The translations under genes were made by a program, and so were the position numbers. A stretch of DNA of 63,419 bases, filler included, from Basidiobolus ranarum (Eukaryota), in the NCBI GenBank assembly GCA_040143965.1. It is 53 parts of 53 records of this genome, joined end to end, with 100 filler letters (N's around TTAATTAATTAA, not from the genome) between each part and the next. Parts side by side here need not be neighbours in the genome. Positions count along the whole stretch, not along the records: positions 49,181 to 50,276 come from JASJQH010013335.1; positions 50,377 to 51,472 come from JASJQH010013336.1; positions 51,573 to 52,668 come from JASJQH010013337.1; positions 52,769 to 53,863 come from JASJQH010013338.1; positions 53,964 to 55,058 come from JASJQH010013339.1; positions 55,159 to 56,253 come from JASJQH010013340.1; positions 56,354 to 57,448 come from JASJQH010013341.1; positions 57,549 to 58,643 come from JASJQH010013342.1; 45 more parts are not named here. One strand, given 5' to 3'. Below the pieces are notes generated by a model. It searched no databases. It was not told the DNA's origin and saw nothing but the letters and a program-made list of their open reading frames with translations. Positions 49,081 through 62,807 of this stretch are shown in pieces; the stretch's first letter is position 1, and each line of letters starts with the position of its first letter.

Positions 49081-49180
49081 NNNNNNNNNNNNNNNNNNNN
49101 NNNNNNNNNNNNNNNNNNNNNNNNTTAATTAATTAANNNNNNNNNNNNNNNNNNNNNNNNNNNNNNNNNNNNNNNNNNNN

Positions 49181-50276
49181 AAATTGGTACCCCTTGCCTT
49201 TGATCAACTCACTCTTGTTTCAGCTTGCTTCAGCCAAGGTGTTTACAAAGATTGATCTAAAAGGTGCACATAATCTTGTAAGAATCAAACCTGGAGACCA
49301 ATGGAAAACTGCCTTTTGAACTTGCTGTGGACACTTTGAATACAATGTCATGCCATTTGGACTTACCAATGCCCCTGCAGTCCTTCAATGTATGATGAAT
49401 GATATCTTCAGAGAGTATCTTGACCAATTTATGGTAATCTACCTTGATGATATCTTAGTCTTCTCAAGCTCTTAAGAAAAACCTAATATTCATATTTGAC
49501 AAGTCCTAGATAAGTTGAAAACCTCTGGGCTATATGCTAAACTTGAGAAATATGAATTTGAGCATGCTAAAGGTGAATTCTGTGGATATACCATTAGCCC
49601 ATCAGGCATCTCCATGGACCCTAAGAAGGTTGAATCTGTTCTGTCTTGGGATATTCCCAAAAATGTGAAGGTTGTCCAATCTTTCCTTAGATTTGCAAAC
49701 TTTTACCAACAGCTCATCAAGAACTACTCCAAAATATCTGTTCCATTAACAAATCTCACAAAGAAAGAACTGCCATTCAACTGGAACCCATCTTGCCAAC
49801 AAGCATTTGTAACTTTAAAGAGTGCTTTTACCTCAGCACCAATGCTGGCACATCCCAAGCTAGACAAGCCATTTATTGTTGAAACTAATGCGTCTGACTT
49901 TGCTCTAGGAGCAGTACTATTGCAGTTTGATGATGACAACTTACTGCACCCTGTAGCCTTTTACTCAAGAAAGTTCTCTGCAACAGAAATCAACTATGAC
50001 ATCTATGACAAGGAACAATTAGCAATCATTGCTGTATTTAAACAATGGCAACAATACTTGGATGGAGCAAATCACAAAATCACAGTATATTGTGAGCATG
50101 AGATTCTTCAGTATTGTAGTACAACCAAAGTTCTCAACTATTGTCATGCAAGATAGTCATTATTTCTTACTGGTTTTGATTTTGTGATTACATATAGATC
50201 AGGTAGCCAGCAAGGAAACCCTGATGCCTTATCATGTAGAGCAGAATATCAGCCTGAAGAAGGGGATGAGGCCTTT
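49181..50276 (+). mobile_element. Gypsy RT-RNaseH, decayed
   Basis: [34 protein letters not shown]. Confidence 0.94.
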
Positions 50277-50376
50277 NNNNNNNNNNNNNNNNNNNNNNNN
50301 NNNNNNNNNNNNNNNNNNNNTTAATTAATTAANNNNNNNNNNNNNNNNNNNNNNNNNNNNNNNNNNNNNNNNNNNN

Positions 50377-51472
50377 GTCAGAGCTGCTATCACTTGCTCT
50401 GATGATGATTGGTTTGACATTTTGTAAACCGTGCAGAATCTTGCCCAAAATCATCTGGATTTGAGCCAATTGTGGAAAACTAAAAACCAGGCATTGCTGA
50501 GAAGGTTCTGGACTGATTTCATGTGGCATACCCTGGGTTTTTGCAAGTAAATGGCAATTAGGCTAGTATAGCCCTATTCATGAAACATGTCAAAAATGTA
50601 TGCAATTATTGACTTTGAAAAGAAAGAAAAGCAGCTAAAGAAGTACCAAAGGAGCAGGAAGTTAGTAAACCCAAGGGAAAAGCAAAGGAGCCAGTGAGCT
50701 TAGGCTCTACTGTCCCACTTACCAAATTCTTCACACCATGATGAAGATCTGCAATTCCAGAGTCACATATACTGGCAAAAAAGTTTAATTTCACCATGGA
50801 ACCAGGTACACCAGTTGGAAGAGTGCTAAATTCAAAAGTTTATCCAACATCTGGCACCTCTCAGCAAGCCCAAACACCAGCAAATAAAACTCATGGCTCT
50901 CCAACCTCAACTGGTACTTTTCTAAGTGTTGAAATTATTCCTAAACTTAAAGGCAAGCAAAAAGCAACACAGACACCACAAAGCATCCTCAGTAGTGTCA
51001 CACTACAAGAATGTACAAAAATAGTCAAAGTGCTTGGGGAGTATTTTCAAAAGTATGAGGGGAAAAACGCAGTGCAAGTAGGCAGAAAGTGGCTTCAGAA
51101 GAAGAACATTTAACTTGACATTCAGTCTGGTGTTGACCATGCAGATATCTGGGAAGAACTTAATACAGAGTAGCACAATATTGCAGGGTATCTGCCAGAT
51201 AGCTGGAAGAATGTTGATTCAGCAACATTAATACAATGGTTGGCTTTGATGGAGATATTGATACAAGCTCAGATTGGTATGAGCTAAACCTTGGGTATGA
51301 AGAACTCTATAAAAATATTCAGGAGAATATATCAAAGAGACTAGGGATTTCAAAGGTGACAATTTAACATTCAAGAGGTAATTGTGTAAAATTTGAGTTA
51401 TGTGTTTACCCTAACAAAAATAAAATCGATTTGATCCGGATCGGATCCACCCTCCGAAATAGCAAAACCGTC
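50377..51472 (+). mobile_element. CACTA ORF2 3' half with a young end-A insertion at 51409
   Basis: Overlaps 11440-11920 and 22054-22290; CCCTAACAAAAATAAAATCGATTTGATCCGGATCGG with CpGs intact. Confidence 0.82.
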
Positions 51473-51572
51473 NNNNNNNNNNNNNNNNNNNNNNNNNNNN
51501 NNNNNNNNNNNNNNNNTTAATTAATTAANNNNNNNNNNNNNNNNNNNNNNNNNNNNNNNNNNNNNNNNNNNN

Positions 51573-52059
51573 ATCAGCTTTACGGTGAGTATTTTGGTAT
51601 TGGATCAATGATCTATATTTGGGTGATTACATCAAAACTTTACAATGGGGAATCTATGGTATATAAGCCAAATATGAACAATGTTAACCTGATTCAGTGA
51701 TTACCATTTGTGAGCTAACAGTACACAACTTCAGGTTTTTCAGATCACTGGTGAAAGCCAAAAACCATTTGGACATGAAGGTAGTTTAATTACTGAGGGA
51801 TTTTAAGTCATATGATTGGCAAGTGTTTTCCACTTGTACCAGGTCTGTGGCAAGCAACAATTGCCAATCAACAGTGGTAAAAGTGTCAGAAAAACAATAA
51901 ACACCTGGTTGCAAAGATTGGATTGAACTCTTCACTCCTCAATAATCAAAGCTGCTTCCTTTACAAAAAGAGTTATGAGTGGACTAATGTTTGCCAATAA
52001 AAAAGAGACCTTCACAAAACTATTGTCTTCTTCTTCAACTTCTGATATACCACCATTGG
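51573..52059 (-). mobile_element. CACTA transposase N-terminal region (bridging fragment)
   Basis: Links the 8080-8315 sequence to 13226 onward. Confidence 0.8.
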
Positions 52060-52668
52060 TGTTGAAGTTTATTGTTTTTATCATATTTGTTATCTCTATC
52101 TTTATACACCTAACTATTTTATATATCACATATAAGTTAGTTAACATTACTTAGTCAAGTATCACTTAGCTGAAAATTGGAACATATATTATATATATAT
52201 GTGAATAATGTGAGAATTAGCAAATCCATATTGGAAATTTCAAACTTGTCCAAATTGCCCTAAAGATAGCTCATTTTACTCCCACAGATGCTCTGAACAC
52301 AACCTCAGTGTTAGTTTTCTGTATTTTTACCAAAAAGTATAAATGCTTTATTTCTGGACAATAAACTATTATCTCACAAATCTATTCACAACTCCACTTT
52401 TCTAAAGTACCTCCAAACAGCCCATATTTTCCCAATAGGTTATGAGCCCCATGATCTAACCTTTACAGCATGACAGAAACCATTACTACCACTTGTATTA
52501 GCTCAAGTGTTGAAAAGCTTGATGGAGAAAATTACAATATCTGGAAGTTCAAGATGGAAATCATGCTGGAAGACAGGGAGCTTTGGGATGTAGTCTCTGG
52601 AGATGAAAAGGCACCTTCTGACCCTTCTTTATTGGAAGCTTACAAGAAAAGAGACAAGAAGGCCTTTA
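52060..52668 (+). mobile_element. Copia 5' LTR-A (52060-52437), PBS GGTTATGAGCCC (52438-52449) and gag start (52470)
   Basis: TGTTG...CAATA ends; VEKLDGENYNIWKFKMEIMLEDRELWDVV. Confidence 0.9.
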
Positions 52669-52768
52669 NNNNNNNNNNNNNNNNNNNNNNNNNNNNNNNN
52701 NNNNNNNNNNNNTTAATTAATTAANNNNNNNNNNNNNNNNNNNNNNNNNNNNNNNNNNNNNNNNNNNN

Positions 52769-53863
52769 CTGTTTGCACACAATTGGCAATCACTGAATCA
52801 GGTAAATATTTTTCATATTCATCTTACATACCATTGAATCCTTGTCTTAAAGTTCTGATGAAATCACCCAAATATAGATCATTGATCCAATACCAAAGTA
52901 CTCACTATAAAGCTGATGATATTACCAATATACTTGATGGATATCACTACCAGAATCTGAAAAGTCAAGGTTTCTTTGAGAACAGGTATGATCATCCATT
53001 TGCATTGGCTCTGGATGGTTTCTCACTAAACAAATATACCGTTGGAAAGGCTTGATGGCCAATAATTTTAATCAACTTAAATATTCCTGAGTCTTAATGG
53101 TATAAGAGTCATAATATTTTGATACTGTCCATCATATCTGGAACTAAATCACTAGTACTTATAGATAGCTTCTTGGAGCCTTTGGTTGCAGAATTTGAAT
53201 TGTTATCTAATGGGGTTTAGATGGGTGAAAACTTTATTAAAGCTAATATCATTGTATGTATTGCTGACACTCCTGCCATCAGTAAACTTGGAGGTTTTGG
53301 TGGGCACTATGCACTATCTTGCTGTAGATTTTGTCAAATCAATGGAGTTTACTCTCTCAGGCATATGCATTATTACTATCCAAATACAACTCTAAGCTCC
53401 ATGATTTTACCATCAAGGGCCTGGTCTGATTTCAACATGATCATTGATATCAATTCAACAAATAGTCAGTCTAACATCAAACTTTGTATTAGCCGTAAGC
53501 CTAAGATTATATTGCTAAAGGGGATCAGTTGGAGCCAGAGCTTCCCATTAGGCACTATGCACTTACTGTTCAACAATATTCCAATACTACTTACTCAGCT
53601 ATATACCCTAACAGAAATTTGAGGATTGTTATTGTAGGAAAACCGTCACAATTTTAATCCATTTGGGATTGACCATTTACTTGCCATCATATAATTGTCA
53701 AGTTAGATTTGATTTAAATTAATTTTTTCAGTTTCATGAGAGAAATTTCAAGATCTTGCAAAATAGTTGCAAATGATAGGCTAAAATCTCAGAGAACTAT
53801 GGATCAACATATGTGCAAAAAATGTAACTCAAAATATACACAATTACCACTCAAATGCTAATT
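52769..53863 (+). mobile_element. CACTA transposase fragment interrupted at 53606 by end B of the same family
   Basis: ALDGFSLNKY, DTPAISKLGGFGGH..CCRFC; CCCTAACAGAAATTTGAGG. Confidence 0.9.
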
Positions 53864-53963
53864 NNNNNNNNNNNNNNNNNNNNNNNNNNNNNNNNNNNNN
53901 NNNNNNNTTAATTAATTAANNNNNNNNNNNNNNNNNNNNNNNNNNNNNNNNNNNNNNNNNNNN

Positions 53964-55058
53964 CTGAATTCCTGTGTTCTGAATATATGCTAGTGTTGAT
54001 TTTTGTGTTAGCAATTTTGAAATGGATGTAGCTCCACCAATAGTTGATTAAGTCTTATGATTCTTGCATGGTTGCAAAGCTCTAAATCCGGACTTTTTTA
54101 TTGCAGCTTAAATTTTTATGCTATATCAAGTATTGATGTAACCATGAGCAATCAAATATTCTTGTTCTTTTTCTTGATCTGTAAAATATTATAAGATAGC
54201 ATTAGATAATTTTCTTCCTACTTATTACATGCAATATATGATCCAAATATTTCCAACACTACAGCAGAAGGCTACTGAATTGATTTGCTTAATAATCTTA
54301 AAAGGCCCTAGTCGTTTATGATCGAGTTTATCACAAGGTCTAGTGGTTTTGATATTTTTCCGGAGAACACAAACATAATCTCCAGGCTTGAGATCTGGGC
54401 TTGGCTTTCTTTTCTTATCAGCAAAGTTCTTGTATTGGGATTGAGCATGCTCCAGCTCAGATATTAATTGTTTATGGATGTCCTTAAGGAAAGTGGCATG
54501 GTCTGTGGCAACAGGGCAAGGTAGATTGGATGGTGGGTGAATTGTGAAACAAGGATGGAATCCATAATTTGCAAAGAAGGGAGTTTGATTTGTTGAGATA
54601 TGAAAAGAGTTGTTGTAAGCAAATTCAGCAAAAGGCAAGTGTTGTGTCCAATTATCCTGATTATGGTTGATAGTGCATTGCAAATATTGCTCCAAAACTT
54701 GATAAACTCTTTCTGTTTGGCCATCAGATTGGGGGTGGAAGGCAGTAGAGAGATTGGCAGAGATACCCAAGGTATGGTGGAGATTTTTCCATAATTTGGA
54801 AGCAAACTGAGGTCTTTGGTCAGAGATGATAGTTTCAGGGAGTCCATGTAGGCAGAAGATGTTTTGAGTTACCAATTCTGCTGTTTGTTTAGCATCAATT
54901 GACTTGTTGCAGGGCACAAAGTAGGCCATCATTGTTAGATGGTCCACAATTACCAGAATTGAATAATATTTGGCATACAAGGGTAGATCAGTTATGAATT
55001 CCAGGGATATGGATTTCCACTGCTGATCAGGAATTGGATGAGGCTGCAGGAGGCCATA
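53964..55058 (-). mobile_element. Gypsy integrase (54259-55058) interrupted by an LTR ending CCAACA (53964-54258)
   Basis: HPQSDGQTER, KLDHKRLGPFKI (GPY/F module). Confidence 0.9.
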
Positions 55059-55158
55059 NNNNNNNNNNNNNNNNNNNNNNNNNNNNNNNNNNNNNNNNNN
55101 NNTTAATTAATTAANNNNNNNNNNNNNNNNNNNNNNNNNNNNNNNNNNNNNNNNNNNN

Positions 55159-56253
55159 AAAACAACTGGAAAATATTGGTGCAACTTTACAGGAAGAAGA
55201 TGTCATTATGACTCTTCTAAGTAGTCTACCAGAACAGTATTAAAACTTGGTCACAGCTTTGGAAGCAAGCTCTGACAAGTTATCTTTCAACTTTGTGGTG
55301 GCAAGACTAATGAATCAACTCCTTAGATGTAGGAATTTGGAAAAAGAATGTGAGGAAGTGGCTCTCTTTAGAGCTGGAAAATGTAGCTTTGGCAAGTACA
55401 AAGGTTACAGAAGAAGGAAACCGGGTTTATGCTATGGTTGTAACAAACCAGGACACCAGTTAAAAGAATGAAATCAACAAATTACAACAAAAATGAGAAG
55501 TCATGTTAGATAATTAATCTTTATTCAACATCATAGTTAACTTTAGTTATGATACATATATCAGAAACAGAAAACAACATATCTATAGCCCCTATATTCT
55601 AAATAGGAATGTCTCTACATCTATATAACAAGTATATTTTATTACCACCACTTATCTGTTATATCTTATTACACAAACCTCTGAATATCTCAAACAACTG
55701 ATTTACTTTTCTACTATATAAGTCACCATATACTCTTTAGAATAAAGTAACTAAAACACACTATCATAAGTTGCTTCTAATACACAAAGTCTGCCCCAAT
55801 TATGTCATGATCCTCCAACAGTGGATATATAAATTGCATGGTCAATAATGGTCAAAATGAGTCCTTACTTTTTTTTGAGTCCCTGTTTTCATGCAAGAGC
55901 TATTTGCTATCAACTAGCAAAAATTCTTTAGCATTGCAAAAATTTTGAAATATTTGGTGTATATACTCATTATATGGATTTTCAGATAATCCATGGGATT
56001 ATGAATATATTGTTAATATTACCATTGCCTAAGCACGTATATAGTGATATAAAGCTTAGTACTTATTTATGTTATAATTCACTAAAATATTATCAATTAT
56101 TCTCAATCGCAATTTACTTGTAATATTTTTACCAACTTAGAAGTTCACAGATATATAGATTTTTCAAACTTGTGCTAGAAGCCCCAAACTTTGCAAACAT
56201 GCTCCTGGGACTTTCCTTAACACATTCTACACGTTAGTTTGCTTTCATCTTGA
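55159..56253 (+). mobile_element. Copia gag C-terminus, complete LTR-C (55504-55820), LTR-B piece (~56020-56253)
   Basis: CYGCNKPGH; TGTTAG...CCAACA termini. Confidence 0.83.
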
Positions 56254-56353
56254 NNNNNNNNNNNNNNNNNNNNNNNNNNNNNNNNNNNNNNNNNNNNTTA
56301 ATTAATTAANNNNNNNNNNNNNNNNNNNNNNNNNNNNNNNNNNNNNNNNNNNN

Positions 56354-57448
56354 AATTTGAATGTAGGGGCCACAAATATGTTGCTTTCTGCTTGTGATAT
56401 AGGTATCATAAAGCAGGTTAACTAAGATGTGGAATAAAGATAAAATATCCAACACCTTCTTGTAATTCTTATGCAGCATTGTGCTTAACCCCATCAATGA
56501 CTATGCCTGCTCTTAACTTTTCAGCACTTGTAATTTTGAGTTGATGTGTTAGTTTCTCTGCAATCATGTTCTCAGTATTCCAATGAACAAAGTTCTCTTT
56601 TTTGTCTTGAACTTTCTCTTTTATAAAACAATGACTTGTGCAAATATGTTTCATCCTTGAGTGTTGTTCAGGATTGTTGGTGATCTGAATATAGCAAATA
56701 TTTTCTTGATACTACAGGGTAGGATTAACTTGAGTTTATCTTGTTTCCTTGAGGAAACTTCTTAGCCATGTAGTTTCTTGCACCACCATAGGGCTTGCCA
56801 TATATTCAGCTTCTGTAGCTGATAATTCCACAGCTTGTTGTTCCTTAGTAATCCAGCTAACTGGTCCACTAGTTAGCTTAAGCATATGTCTAGTTCTAGT
56901 CTTTCAGTCTTCTGTACAATTAGCCCAAACTGCATAAGCATATCCTTCCAAATTGTCAGACATGGTGTGCTACTTGCTAAGTTGAGTGTGATGAAGTCTT
57001 GTTCCTTTAAGATAGTGTACTATCTGTATCATAGCTATCCAATGTTTCATTGAAGAGTTTTCCATATATTTGTTTACTATACTTACAGCTGTAGTAACAT
57101 CAGGCCTTGTATCAGCTGTCTCATTTACAAGACTTCCAACTGCACCATGCTCAGGAATTTGTTTTGTGACCTCAATATTCTCTCAGGTATTTGGTATCAT
57201 ATTGTTAGTGGCTTACAGCATATGTAGTAGGTTTGAAGATTCTTTACATCAGACCCTATTGAATCAGTTCAAGAAATCTTTGATGTATTTTTCTTGTGCA
57301 ATACAGAGCATTCAGATACCAAATTGCTGATATATCTACATTCCAAGACAATATATCAGTGATTCAAGGACTTGCATATCTAACTTGGAAGACATCTTGG
57401 TCTTGATTTGTTGTATCAGATATTAGCAATTACCAACTATTGTGATAT
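56354..57448 (-). mobile_element. Heavily decayed copia RT-RNaseH of another family
   Basis: LSATEAEYMA, KHICTSHCFIKEKV, MIAEKLT remnants. Confidence 0.75.
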
Positions 57449-57548
57449 NNNNNNNNNNNNNNNNNNNNNNNNNNNNNNNNNNNNNNNNNNNNTTAATTAA
57501 TTAANNNNNNNNNNNNNNNNNNNNNNNNNNNNNNNNNNNNNNNNNNNN

Positions 57549-58643
57549 AAGGGGTTCAGATGGGTGAATATTTTATTAAAGCAAATATCATTGTATGTAT
57601 TGGTGACACTCCTGCCATCAGTAAACTTGGAGGTTTTTGAGGGCACAATGCACTATCTTGCTGTAGATTTTGTCAAATCAATGGAGTTTACTCTAAGAAG
57701 CATATGGATTACTACTATCCAAAAACAATACTAAACTTCATGATTTTACCGTCAAGAGCCAGGTTGGATTTCAACACAATCACTGATATCAATTAACCAA
57801 ATAATCTGTCTAACATCAAACTTGGTATTAGCTGTAAGCCTAAGATTATATTGCTAAAGGGGATCAGCTGGGGCCAGAGCTTCCCATTAGGCACCATGCA
57901 CTTACCATTCAACAACATTCCAATACTACTTGCTCAGCTTTATAGTGGAAAGTTCAACATGAATGGGCCATTCAAAATAGGAGTAAAGTTTGAATCAATT
58001 GGGAAAATGCTTGAAACCATAAAGATACCATCATATTTCATCAGAACTCCCATCAATATCTACTCATCTAGGCATTTACTCAAATGCAAAGACTGGAAGT
58101 ATTGGATTTGTATATATTCAAGTGGAACTTGGAAAAGACTTCTGCCTGATAAGAATTGGTAACATTGGGAGTTGTTAGTTGATATTGTTAATATATTCTT
58201 ACGGCATCAACTCACATTGGCAGATCTCAGACAGATAGAGCAACTGTGCAAAGATTTTGCAATTGGATATGAAAAACTTTATTACAGGTTTAAAGAAGAT
58301 AGACTGAATCTATGCTGGTATTCAATACATTCACTGCCGCATCTTTCATAATGCTTAGAGATTATAGGCCCTTGCTATACATTCCGGAAGTTCCCAATGG
58401 AGCACACCTGCGGTGAAATGATGCTTTGTGTGATATAGCCAGTATTACCATATGCTAATCTGTTTAACAATGTATCAGCAAAATCAATGATGGATGTAAT
58501 GAGATGGGTTAAGGACACTCCAGAGTATATTAACCTGCTGACAAAGGGCTCTTTTGAATGAGCTCACTGGTTTTCACATTGTTTGAGCACTATTACAGCA
58601 ACAAAGGCCAATCCATGGACACAGAGTAAGTACCTTTATAATA
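57549..58643 (+). mobile_element. CACTA transposase central/C-terminal region, decayed
   Basis: GDTPAISKLGG, GTMH, KCKDWKYW, IHSLPHL, YGPCYTFRKFPMEH. Confidence 0.88.
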
Positions 58644-58743
58644 NNNNNNNNNNNNNNNNNNNNNNNNNNNNNNNNNNNNNNNNNNNNTTAATTAATTAAN
58701 NNNNNNNNNNNNNNNNNNNNNNNNNNNNNNNNNNNNNNNNNNN

Positions 58744-59837
58744 TATTTTCACTTATTGATTTATTGAGTCAGAAGTTGACATTTATTGGTATGTCAAGAT
58801 TTAAGCAAGTTAACATGTAAAATGTGCTTAGAAAGGTCCCAGAAACATGTGTGAAACATTTGGAGATTCCAACACAAGTATATAAAATCTGTATATCTGA
58901 GAACTTCTAAGTTGGTAAAAATTTTCCAAGTAAATTCCAATTTAAAATAATGGGTACAATCTTAGTGAAATAAAAGATAACTAAATACTAAGCTATATAT
59001 GACTATATAGGTGTTTAGGCAATGCTGACTTCAACACTCTCCTTCAACCAAATATGCATATAAACCTATCCTTGTTAAAGTATTTGGGAGACTGTTGGAA
59101 GTGGTTTGGAGAATTAGAGGAATTGGTGGTTTTCACTTATTGGTTTATTCAGTAGAAAGTTGACATTTATAGTTTTGTCAAGAGCTAAGCAAACTAACAT
59201 GTGGAATGTGTAAATGAAGGTCCCAGGAACATGTGTGCAAAGTGTGGGGCTTCTAGCACAAGTTTGAAAAATCTATATATCTGAGAACTTCTAAGTTGGT
59301 AAGAATATTTCAAGTAAATTCCAATTGAGAATAATGGATAATATCTTGGTGAATTATAAGATAACTATGTACTAAGTTATATATGACTTTATAGGTGTTT
59401 ACACAATGCTAATTTCAACCCTCTCTCAACTAAATAGTCATGTAAACTAATCCTGATAAAAGTCTATATTTCTCAAATTTTGGTCTAGCTAATGGTTTGG
59501 TTAATATATTAGCAATCATGTCTTTTGTAGAGTAATAAGTTAAGTCAATAAGCCTATTATCTATAGTCTCTCTAATGAAGTGGTATCTAATATTTATATG
59601 TTTGCTTCTATTATGAAACATGGTATTTTTAGCTAATTTGATACAACTTTGATTACCTTGAAATATTCTAGTTGGTAAATTTTGAGAATAACTTAAATCT
59701 GTTAAGAGTTTTCTAACTATATTGGCTCTTTTGTTGCTTCACAGGCAGCTATGAATTCTGCTTCTGTTGTTGAAAGTGCTATGGTAAGTTGTTTCTTTGA
59801 ATTCCACAAAATAGCTTCATTACAGCAAAGAAATAAG
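58744..59837 (-). mobile_element. Copia RNaseH end (stop 59430), PPT, 3' LTR-B (59420-59073), then a second PPT and LTR-B (59036-58744)
   Basis: HNRSKHINIRYHFIRE..MIANILTKPL; GAGAGAGG and GAAGGAGAG purine tracts before (T)GTTGAA. Confidence 0.88.
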
Positions 59838-59937
59838 NNNNNNNNNNNNNNNNNNNNNNNNNNNNNNNNNNNNNNNNNNNNTTAATTAATTAANNNNNNN
59901 NNNNNNNNNNNNNNNNNNNNNNNNNNNNNNNNNNNNN

Positions 59938-61031
59938 AAACTCATAGCCCTCCAACCCCATTGGTACATTTTTAAGATGAGTGGATATTGATGAGAGTCC
60001 TGGTAAAATATGATGGTATCTTGATGTTTTCAAGCATTTTCCCAATCAATTCAAGCTTTGATCCCATTGTAATTTGCTTGTTCATATTGAATTTTCCACA
60101 CTCTAGCTGAGTAAGTAGTATTGCAATGTTATTTAATAGTATGTGCATAGTGCCCCCTAACAGAAATTTCAGGATTGCTATTGTAGGAAAACCATCACAA
60201 TTTTAATCCATTTGAGATTGACCATTTACTTACCATTGTGACATTATCATTTTAGATTTGATATTAATCAATTTTTTCAGTTTCAGGAGTGAAATTTCAA
60301 GATATCACAAAATAGTTGCACATGATTGGCTACACTCTTAGAGAACTATGGATCAACACATGTGCAAAAACCTAACTCAAAATTTACACATTTATCACTT
60401 GAATGATAATTTGTCATCTTCAGAACCTATAGTTTCTTTAATATATTCTCCTGCATATTTTTATAGCATTCTTCATACCCAAGGTTCAGCTCATATCTGA
60501 TACAAGTTTGTATTAATATGTCCATCAAAGCCCAACATGTATTACTATTGCTGAATTAACATTCTTCCAGCTATATGGCAGATACTCAGCAATACTATGC
60601 CACTCTGTATTAAGTTCTTCCCATATGGTTGCATCTTCAACACCAGACTGAACATCAAGTTGAATGTTCTTCTTCTGAAGCCACTTTCTGCATACTTGTA
60701 TTGCTTTTTACTCTTCATACTTTTTAAAATACTTCTCAAGCACTTTGACTACTATTATATGGCCTTACAATATGACCTTACTGAGAGTGCTTTGCAGTGT
60801 TTGTGTGGCTTTTTGCTTGCCATTAAGTTTGGGGCTAAATTCAATACTTTCAAAAGTACCTGTTGAGGTTGGAGAGCCCCAAGTTTTATTTGCTAGTGTT
60901 TTGGCTTGTTAAGAGGTGCCAGGTGTTGGAGAAATTTCCAAATGTAGCACTCTTCCAACTGGTGTACCTGGTTCCATGGTGAAATTAAGCTTTTTTGCCA
61001 GTATATCTGACTCTGGAATTGCAGATCTTTG
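59938..61031. mobile_element. CACTA transposase fragment (-) interrupted at 60155 by end B plus ORF2 3' part of another copy
   Basis: CCCTAACAGAAATTTCAGG; reverse complement of 50740-51400. Confidence 0.87.
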
Positions 61032-61131
61032 NNNNNNNNNNNNNNNNNNNNNNNNNNNNNNNNNNNNNNNNNNNNTTAATTAATTAANNNNNNNNNNNNN
61101 NNNNNNNNNNNNNNNNNNNNNNNNNNNNNNN

Positions 61132-62225
61132 TCATATAGGTTAATATTTTATTAAAGCTAATATCATTGTATGTTTTGGTGACACTCCTGCCATCAGTAA
61201 ACTTGGAGGTTTTCACAGGCACAATGCACTATCTTGCTGTAGATTTTGTCAAATCAATGGAGTCTACTCAATCAGGCATATGCATTACTACTCCCTAACA
61301 TAAATAAAATTGGTTTCAACCGGATTGGATCCACCCTCCAAAATAGCAAGACCATCAGAGAACCATCACATTATTGTTGGCTTGCATTCTGCCTGGGATT
61401 TTGATGGTGTGATGGCAGCTTCTTAATGGTATCTTAACAGTATTCATACATGTTAAAATATTGATCCTCAAATTTAGCATGCATTATTCAATATTCAGTA
61501 AATTTTGCAAAAATATAATTTTTGAATGGCAAATTACTGGGTTTACTGCTGTAGGAAGTCAAATAAATATGCATGCTTTTATTTAGATATTTTAGGCTTT
61601 GGATTGCAGCCATAATGAGAATCAAAAAATACAAGAATCTTGTTGTGTTTAGTCTGTACATATGCACATACTTGACTATTAGACATAACTCAACAACATC
61701 ACTATGCTTTACCAACAAACTAATGGTGGAAAATTTGCTAAACATCTGAAATTTTGAATAGCACTAATACTTGACAAATAGCTGACTCTTGTTACCATTG
61801 ACAATTAGATCTTGGATTTTGGCAAAATCCTCCAAAGAATTCAGCCAATATATCCCTAATTTGCAGTCAACAAATATCCTGCCACAAGTAGATGTGTCAT
61901 TGCTTGAATAGATTACCCAATGGCTAAAACAACAATAATGCATATCTCCATCTATCTCACCAATAAGTCTGTCTTGCAGCTTTCCTACAAATACCATCAG
62001 ATTATCACTCAAGCAAATTAGCCCAATTATAGAGGTACTTACTTTATGTCCATGGATTGGGCTTTGTTGCTATTATTGTGCTCAAACAATGCCAAAACCT
62101 GTGAGCACATTGAAAAGAGCCCGTTATTGGATGGTTAATTAAATCTGGAGTCTCCTTAACCCATCACATTACATCCATCTCTGATTTTGCTGATACATTG
62201 TTAATCAGATTAGCATACAGTAAAA
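61132..62225. mobile_element. CACTA transposase fragment (+) interrupted at 61293 by end A plus transposase 3' end (-) of another copy
   Basis: CCCTAACATAAATAAAAT; 62030-62225 is the reverse complement of 58440-58643. Confidence 0.87.
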
Positions 62226-62807
62226 NNNNNNNNNNNNNNNNNNNNNNNNNNNNNNNNNNNNNNNNNNNNTTAATTAATTAANNNNNNNNNNNNNNNNNNN
62301 NNNNNNNNNNNNNNNNNNNNNNNNNCAGTATTTCTCAAATATAGCCTCTAGGGTGGTGATAGGAAAGCCAGTAGTTGCTTTTGGATTAATGAGGAATGAC
62401 CATTTAGAGTAGATGGAGAGCATGATATTAATCTTGTATTGGGCTGGCACAATACTGATCAATCTGGCGTGCGCGAGTTATTTATCTAAGAATTTCAATT
62501 ATCATGGTAAAATTCCCTACATTCTGTATAATAAAATTTCTGTTTGCGTTTATTATCCTAATTATTTCAATTATGTGTAATTGCATGGAAATTATATAAT
62601 AAACTGCATCAGCAAAGTTAATCATAGTTTGATCCAAATCAATTTATTAGGCACATATATTGAAACGGCTCAAAGCAGAATGCATTATGCTTGATCACAC
62701 TATAGGAAATTAACTTTGACATTTTAACCAATAATATAAAAAGATCCCTAATTCTGATTGAAACCAATAAAGTCTAACATCATAGATAGATATCATAGTT
62801 ATGTATC

